Source: a virus. From it: 64,000 bases of DNA. The notes beneath the pieces are model-generated. The model searched no databases, was not told where the DNA came from, and worked only from the letters and a program-made list of their open reading frames with translations. Position numbers and translations under genes: made by a program. Below, piece by piece: positions 63,557 through 64,000 of this stretch. Position 1 is the first letter of the stretch; the number at the start of each line of letters is the position of its first letter. The stretch is from positions 2,416-66,415 of the IMG/VR virus record IMGVR_UViG_3300045120_000303. The stretch is one strand, 5' to 3'.

Positions 63557-63868
63557 CTACCCACTACCGGCAGGCTTGCCGATCCGAAGCTTCAATTCCT
63601 TCTCGAATGCCTCAAGCTCCTTGTGGATCAGGTCCATCCGACGCAAGTCGTTCTCGGTTTCCATCACCCCTGGCTCAAGGATGGACATGATGCTGGCGAA
63701 CAAGTGCTGGGCCCCCGCCATATAGAAGAGCCGCATCTCTTGAAGCTGCAGAGCCGGGGCGTCGTGCGGCACACACTGGATCCGCAACGCCACCCAACCG
63801 GCCTCGATCAGCTTGCCTTCGTCGGCCAGCCTGCGGCTCAGTTGCTCAAGGAAGTGACGGTCTGCCAT
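63557..63868 (-). CDS. Hypothetical protein (QEMR..F.AGA family)
   Basis: GGAGG RBS; motif shared with 7207-7428. Confidence 0.75.
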   Translation of the reverse strand: MADRHFLEQLSRRLADEGKLIEAGWVALRIQCVPHDAPALQLQEMRLFYMAGAQHLFASIMSILEPGVMETENDLRRMDLIHKELEAFEKELKLRIGKPAGSG

Positions 63869-64000
63869 GGGTGTCCTCCCGGGTTTGACCGGCATTTTGA
63901 CCGGTTTGACCGGCGTTCGCGACCGGTTCCCTTTTTTTTCTGGTCTACCCCCTCTGTTCTTGCACTGGCAGTGTTAGTTTCTGTTTTGCACGCGCGATTT

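Larger units (their letters stand above)
1..64000. mobile_element. Tailed dsDNA bacteriophage genome (siphovirus-like, HK97-type head), near complete
   Basis: terS, terL, portal, protease, capsid, tail tubes, tape measure, lysin, replication and recombination genes; no host housekeeping genes. Confidence 0.97.

Noticed and set aside
1-64000. Stop-codon reassignment (TAG)
   Set aside because: Long genes are intact under code 11 and TAG ends genes at expected positions such as portal and terL
1-64000. tRNA genes, integrase and att site
   Set aside because: No cloverleaf/T-loop consensus or recombinase motifs found by eye; tRNAscan-SE and HMM searches would be needed to exclude fully

Overview
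The window is essentially one GC-rich (~62-65% by spot counts) tailed phage (siphovirus-like) genome with an HK97-fold head. An alphaproteobacterial host is inferred from GcrA-, GapR- and PodJ-N-like proteins. It has four arms. (i) 1-3709 (+) carries small early genes. (ii) 3706-13253 (-) runs from a Cro-like HTH through a VRR-NUC nuclease, DUF1376 replication protein, HNH, DUF6456 regulator, radical SAM and Calx-beta genes. (iii) 13525-23329 (+) carries a RecE-like exonuclease, a Sak4-like ATPase and many small genes. (iv) 23319-63868 (-) is the late operon: HNH, terS, terL, a fibre cassette, portal, protease, capsid, a glycosyltransferase plus methyltransferase, head-tail joining genes, two tail-tube paralogues, frameshifted chaperones, a 2627-aa tape measure, tail tip/fibre genes and a BPSL0067-type lysin. 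No integrase, CI repressor, tRNA, CRISPR array or reverse transcriptase was seen. Most notable are: a GT9-like glycosyltransferase/methyltransferase pair inside the head module, a daisy-chain-like fibre cassette between terL and portal, short synonymously recoded AT-rich islands at conserved motifs of capsid/portal/terminase, duplicated tail tube genes, two unrelated neighbours sharing a C-terminal RLGSWGG, operator families without a CI, and several multi-hairpin intergenic elements. All family calls are from motif recognition by eye, not database searches.
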